NCBI GenBank assembly: GCA_965240325.2
Contig: OZ251254.1
Coordinates: forward strand, 496,001-560,000
From: Rebecca billardiae RCC1528
Lineage: Eukaryota; Protista; Haptophyta
Direction: 5' to 3'
Length of the DNA stretch: 64,000 nucleotides
This document shows positions 1-11,507 of this stretch, one piece after another. The notes under the pieces are model-generated. The model was not told the origin of the DNA and did no database searches. It saw only the letters and a program-made list of their open reading frames with translations. The position numbers and the translations under genes are program-made. Within the stretch, counting starts at the first letter, position 1. Every line of letters begins with the position of its first letter.

Positions 1-1992
1 TTCAACAAGGCGCACCGCTGGCGCAAGCGCGGGCTCGCGATGCTCCCGACCAAATTCGGCATCAACTTCACGGCCAAGTTTATGAACCAGGTGTGCAGCG
101 GGGGCGCACGCGCGCAGGCGCGCGCGGCGTGGCGGCTGGGCGCGGCCGCCGAGGCCGCCGCGCGTGGGCGCAGTGCGCCGCCTCTCGCGCGCGCGCGACC
201 CCGCACACGTGCCCGCGCGCACACCCTCGCCACCCTCGCCCTCACCACCCGAGCCCAACCCCCCAACCCGAACCCGAACCCCCTAACCCTAACCCTAACC
301 CTACCTAACCCTAACCCTAACCCTACCTACCACACCACCGCGCCGTGCAGGGCGGTGCGCTCGTGCACGTGTACACGGACGGCACGGTGCTGGTGAGCCA
401 CGGCGGCACGGAGATGGGGCAGGGGCTGAACACCAAGGTGCAGCAGGTGGTGGCGCACGCGCTCGACGTGCCGCTCGACGCGGTGCACATCGCCGAGACA
501 GCCTCGGACAAGGTGGGCACACCCGCCGCCCCCGCGCCGCGCCGCCGCCATGCCAGCGCCGCCGCCACCGCGCCGCGCCGCGCCCGCGCGCCCACCGCGC
601 CGCGCGCGCGCGCGCGCGCGCGCGTGGCTGCTCACGCTGACGCCCGCCGCCGCCCATCCCGCCCACCCCGCCGCGCGCCGCAGGTGCCCAACTCGATGCC
701 GACGGCCGCGTCCATGTCCACCGACCTCTACGGGATGGCCGCCCTCGACGCGTGCTCGCAGATTCTGAAGCGACTCGCGCCGCTGCGCTCGCGGCTCGGC
801 GCGGCGGCGTCGCTCGCGCAGCTCGCGAAGGCGGCCAACTTCGAGCGCGTCGACCTGTCCGCGCACGGCTTCTTCGCCGTGGACGACGCGCGCTGCGGCT
901 TCAACTGGGACCTCAGCCCGGTGCCGCCCAAGCCCGACGGCACGCCCGACAACTCGAAGCGCGGTGCGCCGCGCGCCGCGCGCCGCGCGCCGCGCCGCGC
1001 TGCGAGCGACCCTACCCTAACCCTAACCCTAACCCTAATCCCCCACCCCTTACCCCTAACCCCCGGCGGCAGGCCTGCCCTTCAACTACTTCACGCAGGG
1101 CGTGGCGTGCGCGGAGGTGGAGCTGGACGTGCTGAGCGGCGACCACTCCGTGCTGCGCGCGGACATGCTGGTCGACGTGGGCAACACGATCAACGCGCAC
1201 CTCGACGTGGGACAGGTGCGGCGGGCGCTGCGGGCGGGCGCGCGGTGCGAGGGGCGCGCGGCCGGCGGGAGGCGGCGCTCGCCCGCGGCCCTTGGGCGTG
1301 CGCGCGCTACGCGAGGGGCGCACGCACGCGGCCCCACCGCCGCCCGCCGCACCCTCACCCCCCTCAACCCGCCCTTTCCCGCCCCCCAGATCGAGGGCGC
1401 GTTCGCGCAGGGCGTCGGCCTCTGCACCATCGAGGAGGTCACCTGGGCAGACTCGGACCACCCGTGGGCCGGGCCGCGCGGCCGACTCTTCACGCGCGGC
1501 CCCGGCGGGTACAAGCTGCCGTCGTTCAACGACGTGCCGCACGACCTGCGCGTGGGGCTGCTGCCGGGCGCGCCGAACAAGTTCGCCGTGCACTCGTCCA
1601 AGGTGCGCGCGACGACGACGCGCGCGCGACGGCGCGGCGCCGGCGCGGCGCGGGGCCATGCGCAAGCTCACAGCTCCGCGCGTGCGCGCGCGCACCGATG
1701 GCGGCCGGCGCCCGCCCGCCGCGCCCGCCCGCGCGCGCGCCCACGCCGAGCGCAGGCGGTTGGCGAGCCGCCGCTGTTCCTCGGCTTCTCCGTCTTCCTC
1801 GCGCTCAAGGACGCCGTGCGCGCCGCGCGCGCCGAGCACGCGGGCACCGACCCGGCGACCGACTGCTTCGAGCTGCGCTCGCCCGCCACTTCGGAGCGGC
1901 TGCGGCTCGCGTGCCTCGATCGGTTCGCGCGCGAGTCGATCCGGCTGAACGGGCACGAGGAGAAGGGGTACCAGCCCAAGGGCAGCTTCTGA
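1..1992 (+). CDS. XDH: Xanthine dehydrogenase/oxidase, C-terminal molybdopterin-binding region (5'-partial). Exons <1-90, 351-512, 684-963, 1073-1215, 1390-1602, 1756-1992
   Basis: Spliced translation gives RWRKRGLAMLPTKFGINF, NQ|GGALVHVYTDGTVLVSHGGTEMGQGLNTK, ETASDK|VPN..PTAAS, FNYFTQG, DVGQ|IEGAFAQG, GPGGYKLP and SSK|AVGEPPLF, all canonical XDH motifs. GT-AG introns preserve the frame. Confidence 0.96.
263..330 (+). repeat. Telomere-like (CCCTAA/CCCGAA)n array in XDH intron 91-350
   Basis: cccgaacccgaaccccctaaccctaaccctaaccctacctaaccctaaccctaaccctac, ending about 20 nt before the acceptor AG. Confidence 0.9.
1010..1061 (+). repeat. Telomere-like (CCCTAA)n array in XDH intron 964-1072
   Basis: ccctaccctaaccctaaccctaaccctaatccccc...cccctaac just upstream of the acceptor. 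Confidence 0.88.
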
Positions 1993-2706
1993 GCGGGGCG
2001 GCGGCGGGGCGTCACGGGCGGGCCCGTCGGGCCGGACGCCGGACCCCCGCCGGCGGCCGACTGTGCGCAGCGGGCCTCGCAAGCGCCCCGCGGCGTTGCC
2101 GTTGGCTGCCGCCGTCGAGGCGCCGGCGGCGCACCGCGGCTCGGCCTCCGGGCCTCGCCACTTGCAGCAGCCTGACGCTATCCCCGCCCGGCCAGGGCCC
2201 GTCCTGTGCGCTTGCCGAGGCGAGTGTCACCGCGGTGGCGCCACCTCGTGCGCGCCGAGCACGGCGCACACTCCGCATGCACCGCGCCCGTGCGCGGCGG
2301 CCATTGTTAAATTGATCGTCATCAGTCATCACCGGGCGGCGGAATTATTTTCATTAGTCGTGATGCTTTCTCATCACCGCCCGCCACGATTGCATGAACC
2401 AAATCATCCATCAAATAGGTACATGATATGAACATTCTGAGATGCAATATGGGGGTATGTAATAAAATCTAGCGCCGAGTCGCCGACTTCCCTCGATCGC
2501 GAATGATTCGAAACTACGACCCGCGCGAGATGAACCACGTGGGTATTTAAAAACGAAACAAATGCGTCCGCACTCATTGGCTGGGCGGCGACGACGCCGC
2601 GCACGCGCCCCCGCCTAAGCCAGTTAACGAGGCTCCCGGGAAAGCAGATACCCGCTGCGGTGGACACCGCCGCGGCGTTATCGTCAGGCGCGAAGGAGCG
2701 CCGCGC

Positions 2707-5700
2707 ATGGGGCCCGCGGGCGGGCCTGGCGGCGCGCCGGCGGGCGTGTCGGCCTCGCCACTCTCGCACGGCTCGCGCCACATCCCGCCGCCCTCCGCCT
2801 CGCTCGGCCTCGCCCTCGGAGGCGCGTGCGCGCTCGCTCTCGCCATCGACGTCGCAGAGGGCGGCGGGCAGCTCACGGCGAGCGCCGCGCTCGCGCTGGC
2901 GCTGTGCGCGGGCTGGCTGCTCATGGGCTGCGCCGCGTGGATCGTCCGCCCGTCCACCGCGCGCGCCGCCCGCCTGCTCGACGCCGCGTGCGCGCTGCTG
3001 CTCGCCGCGCACGGCGGCGCGTCCGCCGTGGTCGGGCACGCGCCGTTTGCGACGCCGTCCGACGGCGCGGCGCCGCTGTGGCAGCCGCTGCTCGCGCCGG
3101 CGCTGGCGTGCGCGCTCGCGCCGATGGGCCCGCGCCACCACGCCGCCGCGGCCGCCGCCCTCGTCGCCGCGCACCTCGCCGCGCACCTCGCGAGCGCGCC
3201 GCCGCCGGCGCGCGGCGCGCTCGCGCCATACATGCACGCGCTCGCGCTCGCGGCCGCGAGCGCCGCGCTCGTCGGCGCGGCGTCGGCGGTGCACGCGCGG
3301 CGGCGGGCCGAGCGGGGCGAGTCTGCCGCCGCCGTCCAGCCCGCCGCTCGCGCCCACGCCTCCGCCTCCGCCTCCGCCGAGTCGGGCGCCGCCGCGCCCA
3401 GCCTGTCGCCTGAGCACAGGATGCCGCCTCCGCCTCATCGGCCGACTCAGCGGCTCGCGGACGGCGGCGGCGCGCCCGAGGCGTCCCGCGCGACGACGGG
3501 CGGGAAGGGCGTGTGCGCCGTCGTCTCGAGCGAGGACGCGCTGTACGTCCACTCGCGCGCGGGCGCGGCCAGCGCCTCGCCCGCCGCCGGCCCAGCGCCT
3601 GGCCCGCCGCTGGCGGGCCGTGCGGCTGCGGCGGCAGCCGACGCGTCGCAGCCGCCGCCGGGCCAAGCGAGTCCGGGCGGTGGCGCGCCGGCCGCGCCCG
3701 AGGCGGACGCGGCGGCGGCGTCCGAGGAGGCGATGCGCAGCGCGCGCGCCGGGCTGATCCGCGTGGTCTGCCACGACCTGCGCACGCCGCTCCTCGCCGC
3801 CGGCTCCGCCGTCTCATCGCTGCAGGCGCTGCCCGGCCACTCCCGACTGGACGCCCCCTCGGCGGTGCGCGCGGTTTCGTCACTGTACGCGTGCACCGCG
3901 CTGATGGAGCGGATCCTGGGGGACATGCTCGACTTCGAGCGGCTCGAGGCGGGGCGGCTGCTGATGCGCTTCGAGCCGCTCCAGCTCGCGCACCTCTTCG
4001 CCGACGGCGACGCGGCTTTCTCCGGCGCCGCGGGCGCGCGCGGCGTGCGTCTCTGCGTGGAGCCACTGGAGGAGCGGCTGTGCCGACTGCAGCTGCTGGG
4101 CGACGCGCGCCGGCTGCAGCAGACGCTGAACCACGGGCTGAGCAACGCGCTCAAGTTCACGCCGCGCGGCGGGGAGGTGCGGCTGCGCGCGACGCTCGAG
4201 CGCCTCGAGCCCGCGCCACCGGACTCTGCGCTGCTGCCGAGTGGCAGCTCAGGGCGTCTGCCCAGCGTGACCCACCAGCCAGGCGCGTCGCGCGGCAGCC
4301 CGGGGCCGGCGGCGGTCGGCGGCGGCGCCACCCGGCAGCTCGACGCCGCGGCGTCGCCGGCCGACGGGCACGCGCCCGCGCCCGGCTCTCCGCCCACGCC
4401 GGGCGCGGGCGCGCAGCAGCCTCCGCAGCACATCGCACACGTGCGCGTCGAAGTGGTGGACACGGGCGCGGGCATCGGACCCGACACGCTGGAGGTGCTG
4501 CGCTCCGCCGACGCGTTCGCCGGCGGCGCGGCCGCCGCGGTGCGCGCGGGGCAGATGCAGGGGAAGGGCGGCGCGGGGCTCGGGCTCGTGGTCTCGCAGC
4601 GCATCCTGAAGCTGCACGGCAACGGCTCGTGCCTGCAGCTCCGCTCGGACGGCGTGGGGCGCGGCGCAACCTTTGAGATGCGCCTCGGCCTCCGCGAAGC
4701 GACGGGCGCCGCCCTGCAGCCGGGCCCTTTGTCGCGCGCCACTTCGTGCGCCTCGGTGGGCGCGTTTGGCGGCGGCGGCGGCGGCGGTGGCGCGGGCGGC
4801 GCGCGGCTCCACGGCGGCGCGGACCCAGGGCGCACGTCCGCCGGCAGCCGCGCTGGCTCGGTGCTCAGCCCCGAGCTGCCCGCGCCACACGGGCAGCTCG
4901 GTGCTCAGCCACATGGGCGCGGGCTGCACGGCTCAAATCGCTCGCTCGGCTCGGCCGCGGCCGCGGCCGCGCGCGCCGAGGCCGCGCCGCCGCCGCGCTC
5001 TCGGCCCATCTCCCGGCAGCCCACGCCGCCGTCGCACTCGGCCACGCCCGCGCACCTGCTCGCCGCCGGCGCCGGCGGAGGCGGCGGAGACGGCGGGCCG
5101 GTGCGGCTCGCGCGCGGCGGCTCGAACTCGTCGGCGGCGGGCGGCGGGCGCAGCTTTGGAGGCGGCGGCGGCGGCGCGTGTTCTGGTGTGCGCTCCAACC
5201 GGCCCACGCGCGGCTCGGCCGACTCCGACGCGCTGTCGGCCGGCACCGCGGCCGGCCCGCCGCTGCCGCCGGGCTTCCGCGTGCTGTACGTCGAGGACGA
5301 TCGCTTCCTGCACCTCACCTTCCCGGCGCGCGTCTTCTCGCCGCTCGGCATCAGCTACGACCTCGCGGTCGACGGCGCGGCCGCGCTGCGCATGTGCGAG
5401 GCCTCGGAGACGGAGTACGCGGCGGTGGTGATGGATAATCAGATGCCTGTGATGACGGGCGCGGCGGCGACGCGGGCGCTGCGGGAGGAGCAGGGGTACC
5501 GCGGGCTGGTGATCGGGATGACGGGCGACCCGCAGGGCTCGCAGGACCGCGACGACTTCGAGGCCTCGGGCGTGGACGTCTGCCTCGACAAGGACGTGCA
5601 GGGGATGCAGGCGGCCATCACACTTCTGCAGGAGTGCGCGCGGCGCGCGGCGGTGGACGCTGCGATCGACAAGCACATGGCGAGGCCGCTGGCGGACGGT

Positions 5701-5866
5701 GGGGCGGGGTCGGGCGAGGAGGAGGAGGAGGGGGACGAGGCGGGCGAGCTGAGCGACATCATGCGCCCGCCCGTCTCACGCTCCGCCTCGGTCTCGGCGG
5801 CGCACGCCCCGACGCCCGGCGCCTCGTGGCTGCGCGGCGCGCGCGGGGTCGCCACCGCCTCCGCCT

Positions 5867-5900
<34 letters not shown>

Positions 5901-6031
5901 GATCGGCGAGGCGGCGGCGGATGGCGGCTTGGACGGCGGCGCGTCGCCCTCCGTGGCTGGCGCGCGCGGCCCCGCGCGCGGCGCGCAGTCCGCGCCCTCC
6001 ACCTGCTCCGACGGGCGAGAGTCACAGTCGC

Positions 6032-6062
<31 letters not shown>

Positions 6063-7017
6063 GGCGGCGCTCGACATCGAAGTCGACGCGATGGTGTTTC
6101 GGCCGCAGCCGCTGCTGCTCGGCGCGCTGTTCCCGGACTTCTCGGCGGACTCGACGGCGGGGCGCGTGCGGCTGCACGGCGCGATCGACGGCTCCTGGTC
6201 CATCCTCTTCTCCCACCCGGCGGACTTCACTCCCGTCTGCACGCACGAACTCGCCACCGTCGTTCGACTCATGCCCGAGTTCAGGCGACGCGGCGTGAAG
6301 GTGCTGGCCATCTCGTGCCACGACGTGCGCACGCACCGCGCGTGGGCGCGGGACATCCTCGCGGTCGCGCGCGCGCAGCGCGCGGCCGAGCGGCTGCCGC
6401 CCACCGCCTCGCCCGCGGAGGTCGCCGCGGCGTGGGCCGCGTCGGGCGGCGCGGACGGCGGCGCGGACGCGGACGCGGCCGAGGGCGGCGGCGCGGGCGG
6501 CGGCGCCTTCCCTTTCCCGATCATCGCCGACCCGCACCGCGCGATCGCGCACAAGCTGTCGATGGTGGACCACACGATCCCGCACGACTCGCAGCCGCTC
6601 ACCTGCCGCGCCGTGTTCATCATCTCGCCCGACCGCCGGCTGCGCGCGCAGCTCCTCTACCCCGCGGTGCTCGGGCGCAACTTTGACGAAATCCTGCGCG
6701 CGGTCGACGGCCTGCAGACCACGACCGAGCACGACGGCATCGGCACGCCGGCCAACTGGACGCCCGGCGCGCAGTGCATGCTCACGCCCGCGCTGAGCGA
6801 CGAGGAGGCGAGGGCGCGGTACGGCGCCGAGCCGGCGACGCTCGAGCTGCCCTCGGGGCTCGGGTACATGCGCTGGACGGCCGACCCGGCGGTGGTGGCG
6901 CGCGTCAAGGCGGCCGAGGGGCGCGGCGGCGGCGGCGCGCCGCCGAGCGCGCCCGCGAGCAGGCACACTGGCGCCAAGGGCTCGACCGCCGCTGAGCCTG
7001 CGTCGTCGTCGTCCTGA
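2707..7017 (+). CDS. Hybrid sensor histidine kinase (hydrophobic N-terminus, HisKA, HATPase_c, receiver) fused to a C-terminal 1-Cys peroxiredoxin (Prx6 type), 1436 aa
   Basis: H-box VCHDLRTPL (His codon 3772); N-box LQQTLNHGLSNALKFTPRGG; G1 VVDTGAGI; G2 GAGLGL; receiver RVLYVEDD..VVMDNQMPVMTG..IGMTG..CLDK (about 5278-5620); Prx6 LLLGALFPDF..WSILFSHPADFTPVCTHEL..TCRAVFII..YPAVLGRNFDEILR..TPANWTPG (about 6091-6890). One uninterrupted ORF. Confidence 0.88.
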
Positions 7018-7274
7018 TGCGTGCAGCGTGGTCGCGCGCCTCGGGCGGAGCCTCGGCGGGTAGTAGCCACTACTGTAGCCGATTCAGTGTCGTACGATCG
7101 ACCACCATTCAGCAGTAGTACGTTCGTAACGACGACGCGTAACGACGAGAATAACTAGATACGCACACCACAAACAGCAAGCAGCGCGTGCGGCGTGCGC
7201 AGCAGAACCTTGGCCTCGGTTCGACGAAGCATCACCCATCCAAGCCCATCATCGTGGCGCCTTGGCTGGGCGGG

Positions 7275-9023
7275 ATGACGCCTGCTGCGGCGGGCCCGGC
7301 CTCGTCAGGCAGGACGGCCCTCCCGGCGCTGCCCGAGGCGCACGTGCACACGGAGTACCGGGATGGTCCATCCGTCGACATCGTCATCGGCGGGACGCCC
7401 GATCGCTCGCCACGCGCCGCGCACCCCAGCGCGGCATCCGCCGCGCGCGCGACGCGTGGGGCCGCTCCCGCCCCGCACGCGGCCGAGCCGCAGCCCTCGC
7501 CGCGCGGAGGCGCCCTCGCGCTGCCGCGCGTCGAGGCCACAATCACGCCGGCGCCGAGCAGCGCGCGCCGGCGCAGGGCCGATCGGCGGCACCGCACCGC
7601 GCTGCGCGCGCGCTCACCCAGCTTCGTAAGCGCGAGCGGGTCGGAGCTACTCGCCGACGACGAGGTCGACGCGCTGATCGCCGCCGTGCCCTACTTCCGC
7701 GACGCGCTGCCCGTCGAGCGCATCGCGCTGCGCGAGCAGTGCGAGCAGCTGCTCGTCGGCCGGTACGCGCGCGTCATCCGCGAGGGCGTGCCAGGCGAGC
7801 AGGCGAGCTGCTTCTTCGTCCTAGCTCGGGGCGTGGTCGAGGTCTGGAACCAGCGCGGCTTCCGGATCCGGCTGGGCGCGGGGCGCTGGTTCGGCGAGTC
7901 CGCGCTCGTCGTCTCGTCCAAGTTCCCGCGCAGCCACTCCGTCTCCGCCGCGTCCGACGCGCTGCTCCTTCGGTTCGACCAGCGGCGCCTCGCGCGCCAC
8001 CCGCAGACGAGCGTCTTGCTGCGGCGCCAGGCGGCGGCGATTGAGAATCGTATCAAGTCGAACCTGCTGCAGAGCCTCCCCTTCTTCTCCGGGCTCGCGC
8101 CGCGCGTCGTCGCCGAGATCGCGCCGCACTTCCGCTACCGGGACGCGATCGGCGGCACCGCGCTCTGCACCGAGGGCGACACCGACGCCCGGACGGCTCG
8201 GGAGATGTTTTTTATTCAGCACGGCACCGTGGGCGTGTACGTCGGTGGGCGGCAGGTGTCGGTTGTGCGGCACACGGACGAGCAGCCGTGGGTGGGCGAG
8301 CGCTCGCTCTTCATGCACGCGCCGCGCGCCGCCTCCGTGCTCTGCATCGAGCCGACGCGCGTGCTCGCGCTGCACGCGAACGCGCTCCGCCCGCTCGTGG
8401 AGGCGGTGCCGTCCATTCTGCAGCTCTTCAGGCGGCAGGATCGCTTCTACGCCGCGCAGACGCTGCGGGTGTTCGCCGAGGCGGACGCGGCGCCGCGCGC
8501 GGCGAAGGGCGGCGCGGCGCACGCCGCGCACGGCACGCCCACCAGCCCGCAGCGCCACGCGCGCGCGGACAAGTGGGAGCCGCTCAAGCGCTCCTCGCCC
8601 GCGGCGCTGCGGCGGATGGCGCGGCAGGCGACCGCGGAGCCGGTCGGCGGCGCGCCGCACGCAGAGGCGGACGCGTGGGCGGCGGGCTCGCAGGCGCGGC
8701 AGGGCGACGACGACTGGCGGCGCGCGCTCGAGCGCAACTACTTCGCGCGCCGCGCCGCCTTCGCCGACGCCAAGGCCGAGCGCGAGCGCACGCGCCGCGT
8801 CGAGCAGGAGCGCATCGAGGTGCTGGACGCCAAGCGCCGGCTCCGCACGGCCGTCGGGACGTCTCGGCGCGCGGGGTCACCGCTGGGCGGTAGCACGCCG
8901 CGGGCGCTCGGCGGCGGCAGGCTGACGACGGCCGTGTCCACGCCGGGGCTGGCCATGCCCAGCCGCGGCGGCGGCACGGTGATGGCTGCCATCGGGCGTG
9001 GCGGTGGTGTTGCCATCAGATGA
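7275..9023 (+). CDS. Protein with two tandem cyclic-nucleotide-binding domains (PKA-R/CAP-like) and low-complexity termini
   Basis: VPYFRD..VIREG..FFVLARGVVEV..GRWFGESAL..PRSHSVSA, then LQSLPFF..LCTEGD..MFFIQHGTVGV..WVGERSL..PRAASV. Start taken at ATG 7275. Confidence 0.85.
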   Translation: MTPAAAGPASSGRTALPALPEAHVHTEYRDGPSVDIVIGGTPDRSPRAAHPSAASAARATRGAAPAPHAAEPQPSPRGGALALPRVEATITPAPSSARRRRADRRHRTALRARSPSFVSASGSELLADDEVDALIAAVPYFRDALPVERIALREQCEQLLVGRYARVIREGVPGEQASCFFVLARGVVEVWNQRGFRIRLGAGRWFGESALVVSSKFPRSHSVSAASDALLLRFDQRRLARHPQTSVLLRRQAAAIENRIKSNLLQSLPFFSGLAPRVVAEIAPHFRYRDAIGGTALCTEGDTDARTAREMFFIQHGTVGVYVGGRQVSVVRHTDEQPWVGERSLFMHAPRAASVLCIEPTRVLALHANALRPLVEAVPSILQLFRRQDRFYAAQTLRVFAEADAAPRAAKGGAAHAAHGTPTSPQRHARADKWEPLKRSSPAALRRMARQATAEPVGGAPHAEADAWAAGSQARQGDDDWRRALERNYFARRAAFADAKAERERTRRVEQERIEVLDAKRRLRTAVGTSRRAGSPLGGSTPRALGGGRLTTAVSTPGLAMPSRGGGTVMAAIGRGGGVAIR

Positions 9024-9590
9024 TGACGACGATGATCTGCTGTGTTGCACTTGCAGCGGGCGGCCCCTGACGGCCGAGGTCGGGAGAGCGGGCAGCGCGG
9101 GAGCGCCGCGGACGCGAGCAGCGGCACGCGCCGGACATGCCCGCAGATGCGCGACGATGATGATGCAGATGATGCTGGCGGCGGATGCGCAGCGGACCAC
9201 GTAGGCATCGAAGTATATAGCGCGGACCGCCCGAAGCGGGCGGGCGGGCCGGCGGCGCTGCCAGCTTATTAGGGCCCGGGCGGCCGGCGAGCTGACGCAC
9301 CGCGCCGCGGCAGATGCGGCCGATCCGGGGGATGCAGCATGATGATCTGACACTGATGACGGGACTCGGTGCCTACTAAGTGTGCGGGCGATGACCGGAC
9401 TGGACTCGGGACTTGCTCGTGTAACCGCCGGGGCCCGTGCGGGCGTGCGGCGGAGTTCCGTGCTCTGTCCGGGGCAGTACCCGCGGCCGTAGTGGAAGGC
9501 GGTGGCCCTGCGCGGACTGGTGCCAAGTCGCCAGTCGGGCAGTCGTCTCGCGCTCTCGCTCATCTCTCACCATCGCGTCTCTGCTAGCTC

Positions 9591-11507
9591 TCACGCAGCA
9601 CTCGTGCCGCCATCCGCCACCGGCGCCGCAGCCGGCCGGCGCAGCACGACGACAAGCGCGCGCACCGGCTGCCCGCGGTTGAGCCGCAGCGTCGCGCGCT
9701 CGCACACGACCTCCTGCAGCCCGGCCGCGGCCGCGACGCGGCGCACGTACGCCCGGGAGTGGCCAATCCTGCCGGAGCCGAGCAGGGCGACACCCGCGCC
9801 ACCGCCGCCGCTGGGCTGGGCCGTCACGGCGGGCGCGTCGGCCTGGCCCGCGCCGGCGGCGCACGCCGCGCCCTCCGCCGCGGCCCCGTGGGCCGCTCCA
9901 TCCCCGGCCTCGCCAGCCTCGCCCCGCGCGCCGCCGCCGCCCGGCAGCTCCTCCACGGTGAAGGCGAAGAGCCCGGTCCCCGGCGTGAGCGCGCGCGCCA
10001 CCGCCTCGAATAATTCGAACAATTCGCCCACGTAAATCAACACATCCGCCGCGAGTACGAGGTCGAGGGAGGCGGGCGCGGCGGCGCGCACCGCCGCCGT
10101 CGCGTCGCCCACAGCGAGCGAGTCGTACACGCCGCGCGCGCGCGCGCGCTCGAGCATCGCCGCCGAGAGGTCCACGCCGTGCAGCACCCGGACGAGGGGG
10201 CGGAAGCTCACACCTGCCAGCCCGGTGCCACAGCCGAGGTCGAGCGCGGTGCCGAGCGCGCGCACCGACGCGCGCGCAGATAGTCCGGCCGAAAGTCCGG
10301 ACTGTCCGGAGAGTCCGGCGCTGCCGGGCTCGGCGGCGTCGGCCCCCGCCGAGGGCGCGCCCCCCCCGAGCGCGCCACGCACCGCGTCCGCCAGCAGCTC
10401 CGGCCCGCGGTACGCCAGCTCGCCGAGCAGCTGCCGGTCGAAGCCCGGCGCCTCCTGCTCAAACAAGGCGGCCACGTAAGCGCGCGGCAGGCTGGCGGTG
10501 GTGCCGTCGCCGCCGAGCAGCGTGGCGCGCTGCACGGTGGCGTGCCCGTCGGACGGCTCGAGCGCGCGCGCGGCCGTGAAGGCAGCGAGGGCGGCAAGGC
10601 GTGCGAGCGCCGCCTCCTCCGCCTCCTCCGCCGCCTCCTCCGCCACCTCCGCCGCCTCCTCCGCCGCCTCCGCCGCCTCCGCCGCCTCCGCCGCCTCCCC
10701 GCCCTCCGACCAGGGAGTGGGCGTGGCCCGCGCCGGGCTCGCCGCGCCCGCCGCGGCAGCGTGCTCACGCGCCCGCTCCGCCGCCACCGCCGCCGGGCCT
10801 GCCTCCGCCGCCTCCGCCGCCGCCGCCGCCGCCTCCGCCGCCGCCGCCGCCGCCGCCGCCGCCCGCTTCTTGAAGAACACGCCGAGGTCCGCAAAAGTCC
10901 GGGCGGAGTCCGGTGCGATCCGCAGCGACTCGAAGAAGTGGCGCGCGGCGCGCGTCGTCTCGCCCGCGTCCGAGGCGGCGACGGCGGCGAAGCGGCGGGC
11001 TTCGGCGGAGTGGGGCTCGAGCTCGGCGGCGCGCGCGAAGCTGGCGTACGCGCCGCGCGCCTCGCCGCTCGCCGCGAGCGCCGCGCCGAGCGCGTGCGCC
11101 AGCTGGGCGCACTGCGGCTCGCGCGCCGACGCGGCGCGCAGCAGCTCGACCGCCTCGCGCTCGCGGCCGTCGGCGGCGCGCAGGAGCAGCGTGGCCAGGC
11201 GCATGCTCGCGTACGCGTGCAGCTCGCCCACCTCGAGCGCCGCGCGGTACACGCCCTCCGCCTCCGCGCGCGTCTCCGGCCGGTGCTCCAGCAGCAGGCC
11301 GAGCGACCGGAGAGCGTCAGGCTCGCGCGGCGCGCGCGCGAGCACGGCGCGGAGCTCGACGATGGCGGCGTCGAGCGTGGCGTGCGGGTGCTCGGCGGCG
11401 TCCGCGTCGGCGCGCGGCTGCGCCGGGGCGTCCGCGCCCACGCACGCGAGCGCGTGCGACAGCGCGACGCACGCGAGCAGCGCGCGCGCCGCTCCAGGGG
11501 GCGACAT
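9591..11507 (-). CDS. TPR-repeat protein with C-terminal class I SAM-dependent methyltransferase (COG4976-like); N-terminal signal peptide-like segment
   Basis: TPR-like helices (DALRSLGLLL..AEGVYRAALE; LAHALGAALAASGE..FARAAELEP); YVAALFEQEAPGFD..LAYRGPELL; LDLGCGTGL; GVDLSAAMLERARARGVYD; DLVLAADVLIYVGEL; FAFTVE; GRIGHSRAYV. Likely ATG at 11507 (MSPPGAARALLACVALS). Confidence 0.87.
   Translation of the reverse strand: MSPPGAARALLACVALSHALACVGADAPAQPRADADAAEHPHATLDAAIVELRAVLARAPREPDALRSLGLLLEHRPETRAEAEGVYRAALEVGELHAYASMRLATLLLRAADGREREAVELLRAASAREPQCAQLAHALGAALAASGEARGAYASFARAAELEPHSAEARRFAAVAASDAGETTRAARHFFESLRIAPDSARTFADLGVFFKKRAAAAAAAAAEAAAAAAEAAEAGPAAVAAERAREHAAAAGAASPARATPTPWSEGGEAAEAAEAAEAAEEAAEVAEEAAEEAEEAALARLAALAAFTAARALEPSDGHATVQRATLLGGDGTTASLPRAYVAALFEQEAPGFDRQLLGELAYRGPELLADAVRGALGGGAPSAGADAAEPGSAGLSGQSGLSAGLSARASVRALGTALDLGCGTGLAGVSFRPLVRVLHGVDLSAAMLERARARGVYDSLAVGDATAAVRAAAPASLDLVLAADVLIYVGELFELFEAVARALTPGTGLFAFTVEELPGGGGARGEAGEAGDGAAHGAAAEGAACAAGAGQADAPAVTAQPSGGGGAGVALLGSGRIGHSRAYVRRVAAAAGLQEVVCERATLRLNRGQPVRALVVVLRRPAAAPVADGGTSAA

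Noticed and set aside
263-330. True telomere or chromosome end
   Set aside because: The arrays are short, degenerate and inside introns of an intact gene
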